From assembly GCA_040954595.2 (NCBI GenBank), contig CM082588.2, positions 11,545,398-11,609,397 of the forward strand: a stretch of DNA of 64,000 nt, read 5' to 3'. The position numbers and the translations under genes are program-made. Positions 62,763 through 64,000 of this stretch are shown piece after piece. The DNA is from Balanoglossus misakiensis. Its lineage: Eukaryota; Animalia; Hemichordata. Position 1 is the first letter of the stretch, and each line of letters begins with the position of its first letter. A model generated the notes under the pieces. That model made no database searches, had not been told where the DNA came from, and was given only the letters and a program-made list of their open reading frames with translations.

Positions 62763-64000
62763 CTAAGTCTGTGCTTCCAACAATGTGCACAACTTATCAT
62801 ATGGTCTTTCTAAAACACTGGATCTGGTCTTCACCAATACTCGTCTCACCACCCCTTTCCGATCAGGCATAACTTTGACGATTACACCCAAAGGCCACGC
62901 ATTTCTGGAGGTGTTCTCCTCCTTTTCCAATACAAATCTGACAGATACTGCACTTGCTTCCATCTGTGTACAGCATACAAGTCGTTCTTCTCCGTCACAC
63001 CAGGGGGTGTTGCTACTCCCTTCATAGTAAGCAACATACTGGGTGTCAATGCTTTTAAGTCTCTAGCGTCGTCCGACGATACTGTAATCTCATGCGGTCC
63101 ATCTGTACGACGACTTCTGTTCTTGGCACATCTCAACAATGTGTCACCCACTTTACGTATCCAGGCCACTGCTTTCTTCAGTTTATACCAACTGGAGTAG
63201 TGGTCTATCATTTTCTGAACCGTCTCCTCCGCATTAACGGACATGGATCGATCCGCCCCTTTGTCAGGCGTCTGTCGTTCTCCCGAAACAACAGGTACTG
63301 TTCCCAACACACGGGTACAGTTTCTTCTTCCGACCTCAAGGCTATTCTATGCACTAGTGCAGATTTCTTCACCTCTGGATCTTCTGGATCTAGCTGTGTA
63401 TTGTAGCTATCCCTTGGCCATTTGTCTTGTGTCTTCCGCAAGAAATCAGGACCACCTATCCATCTTTCGTTCTTCAGAAAAGCATCTATTTTCTGACCTC
63501 TAGAGCACTCATCTGCCGGGTTGTCACTGGTATTAATGTAGCGCCAGTTCGCTGGGTCTGATCCTCCTCGAATCACTGCTAGTCTATTCGCCACGAAGGT
63601 ATGAAATCTTGTGGTTTCGTTGTTTATGTACCGCAGCACGGTTTTGCTATCCGTCCAAAACACGGATTCATTGATTGGCAAATCCATCTCCTTTCTGAGA
63701 AGTTTGTCAAGCCTCACTGCCACAGTAGCTGCAGTTAATTCCATTCGTGGGATCGATATTTGCTTCAATGGAGCCACTCTTGCTTTGGCCATCATCAAAG
63801 TGCTGTGGATGTTTCCGCTTTTGTCGATCAACCTAAGATATGATACAGCGCCATATCCATTTTCGCTGGCATCAGCAATGTGATGTAGCTGAGCTGTGTC
63901 TACTTCACCAAAGTGCTCGGGCTTTATACATCTGGGTACTGGTAAACACTCTTCTAATTTCGGTAGATCCCTCAACCAATTCTCCCACACTTTGCGTTGT
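62763..64000 (-). pseudogene. pol: BEL/Pao pol remnant (RNase H + integrase C-terminus; integrase core deleted)
   Basis: LHHIADASENGYG, IPRMELTAA, FWTDS, NPADECSRG (RNase H), YSSWYKLKKAVAW, LTPSMLL, RWKQVQYLSD, WPLGVIVKV, RPYDKLC spread over three frames. HHCC and DDE motifs are absent. Confidence 0.9.

Larger units (their letters stand above)
62008..64000 (-). mobile_element. BEL/Pao LTR retrotransposon #3 (different lineage), internally deleted, runs off the window
   Basis: Satellite breaks at TTACCAG|TGTAGTAACC. An LTR, a PPT-like TTTGGGGGCTGG (62395-62406, minus) and pol fragments follow. Confidence 0.9.

Overview
Eukaryotic (probably invertebrate animal) heterochromatin-like window with no host gene. 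About 1332-62007 is a head-to-tail composite macrosatellite (23 anchor points, modal unit about 2050 bp). Each unit joins an AT-rich block of diverged ~165-170 bp monomers, a variable poly-C tract, a ~250 bp linker and a GC-rich block of 81-bp monomers alternating as 162-bp dimers. Seven insertions interrupt or bound the array, all near its edges. They are a probable LTR (1-1331), a TTAA-flanked Kolobok-like MITE, three BEL/Pao LTR retrotransposons (one full-length, two truncated), a 3.0-kb foldback-type DNA element with inverted 69-bp arrays and captured cargo, and a CCAAT-rich PIF/Harbinger-group MITE. The central 33 kb is insertion-free and shows a nascent ~4.1-kb higher-order repeat. The most notable signals are the nucleosome-scale hierarchy with symmetric layered expansion (candidate centromeric/pericentromeric array), BEL LTRs with non-canonical 5'-TA...CA-3' ends, and the foldback element. 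The many short ORFs in the satellite are judged spurious. All coordinates and counts were read by eye.
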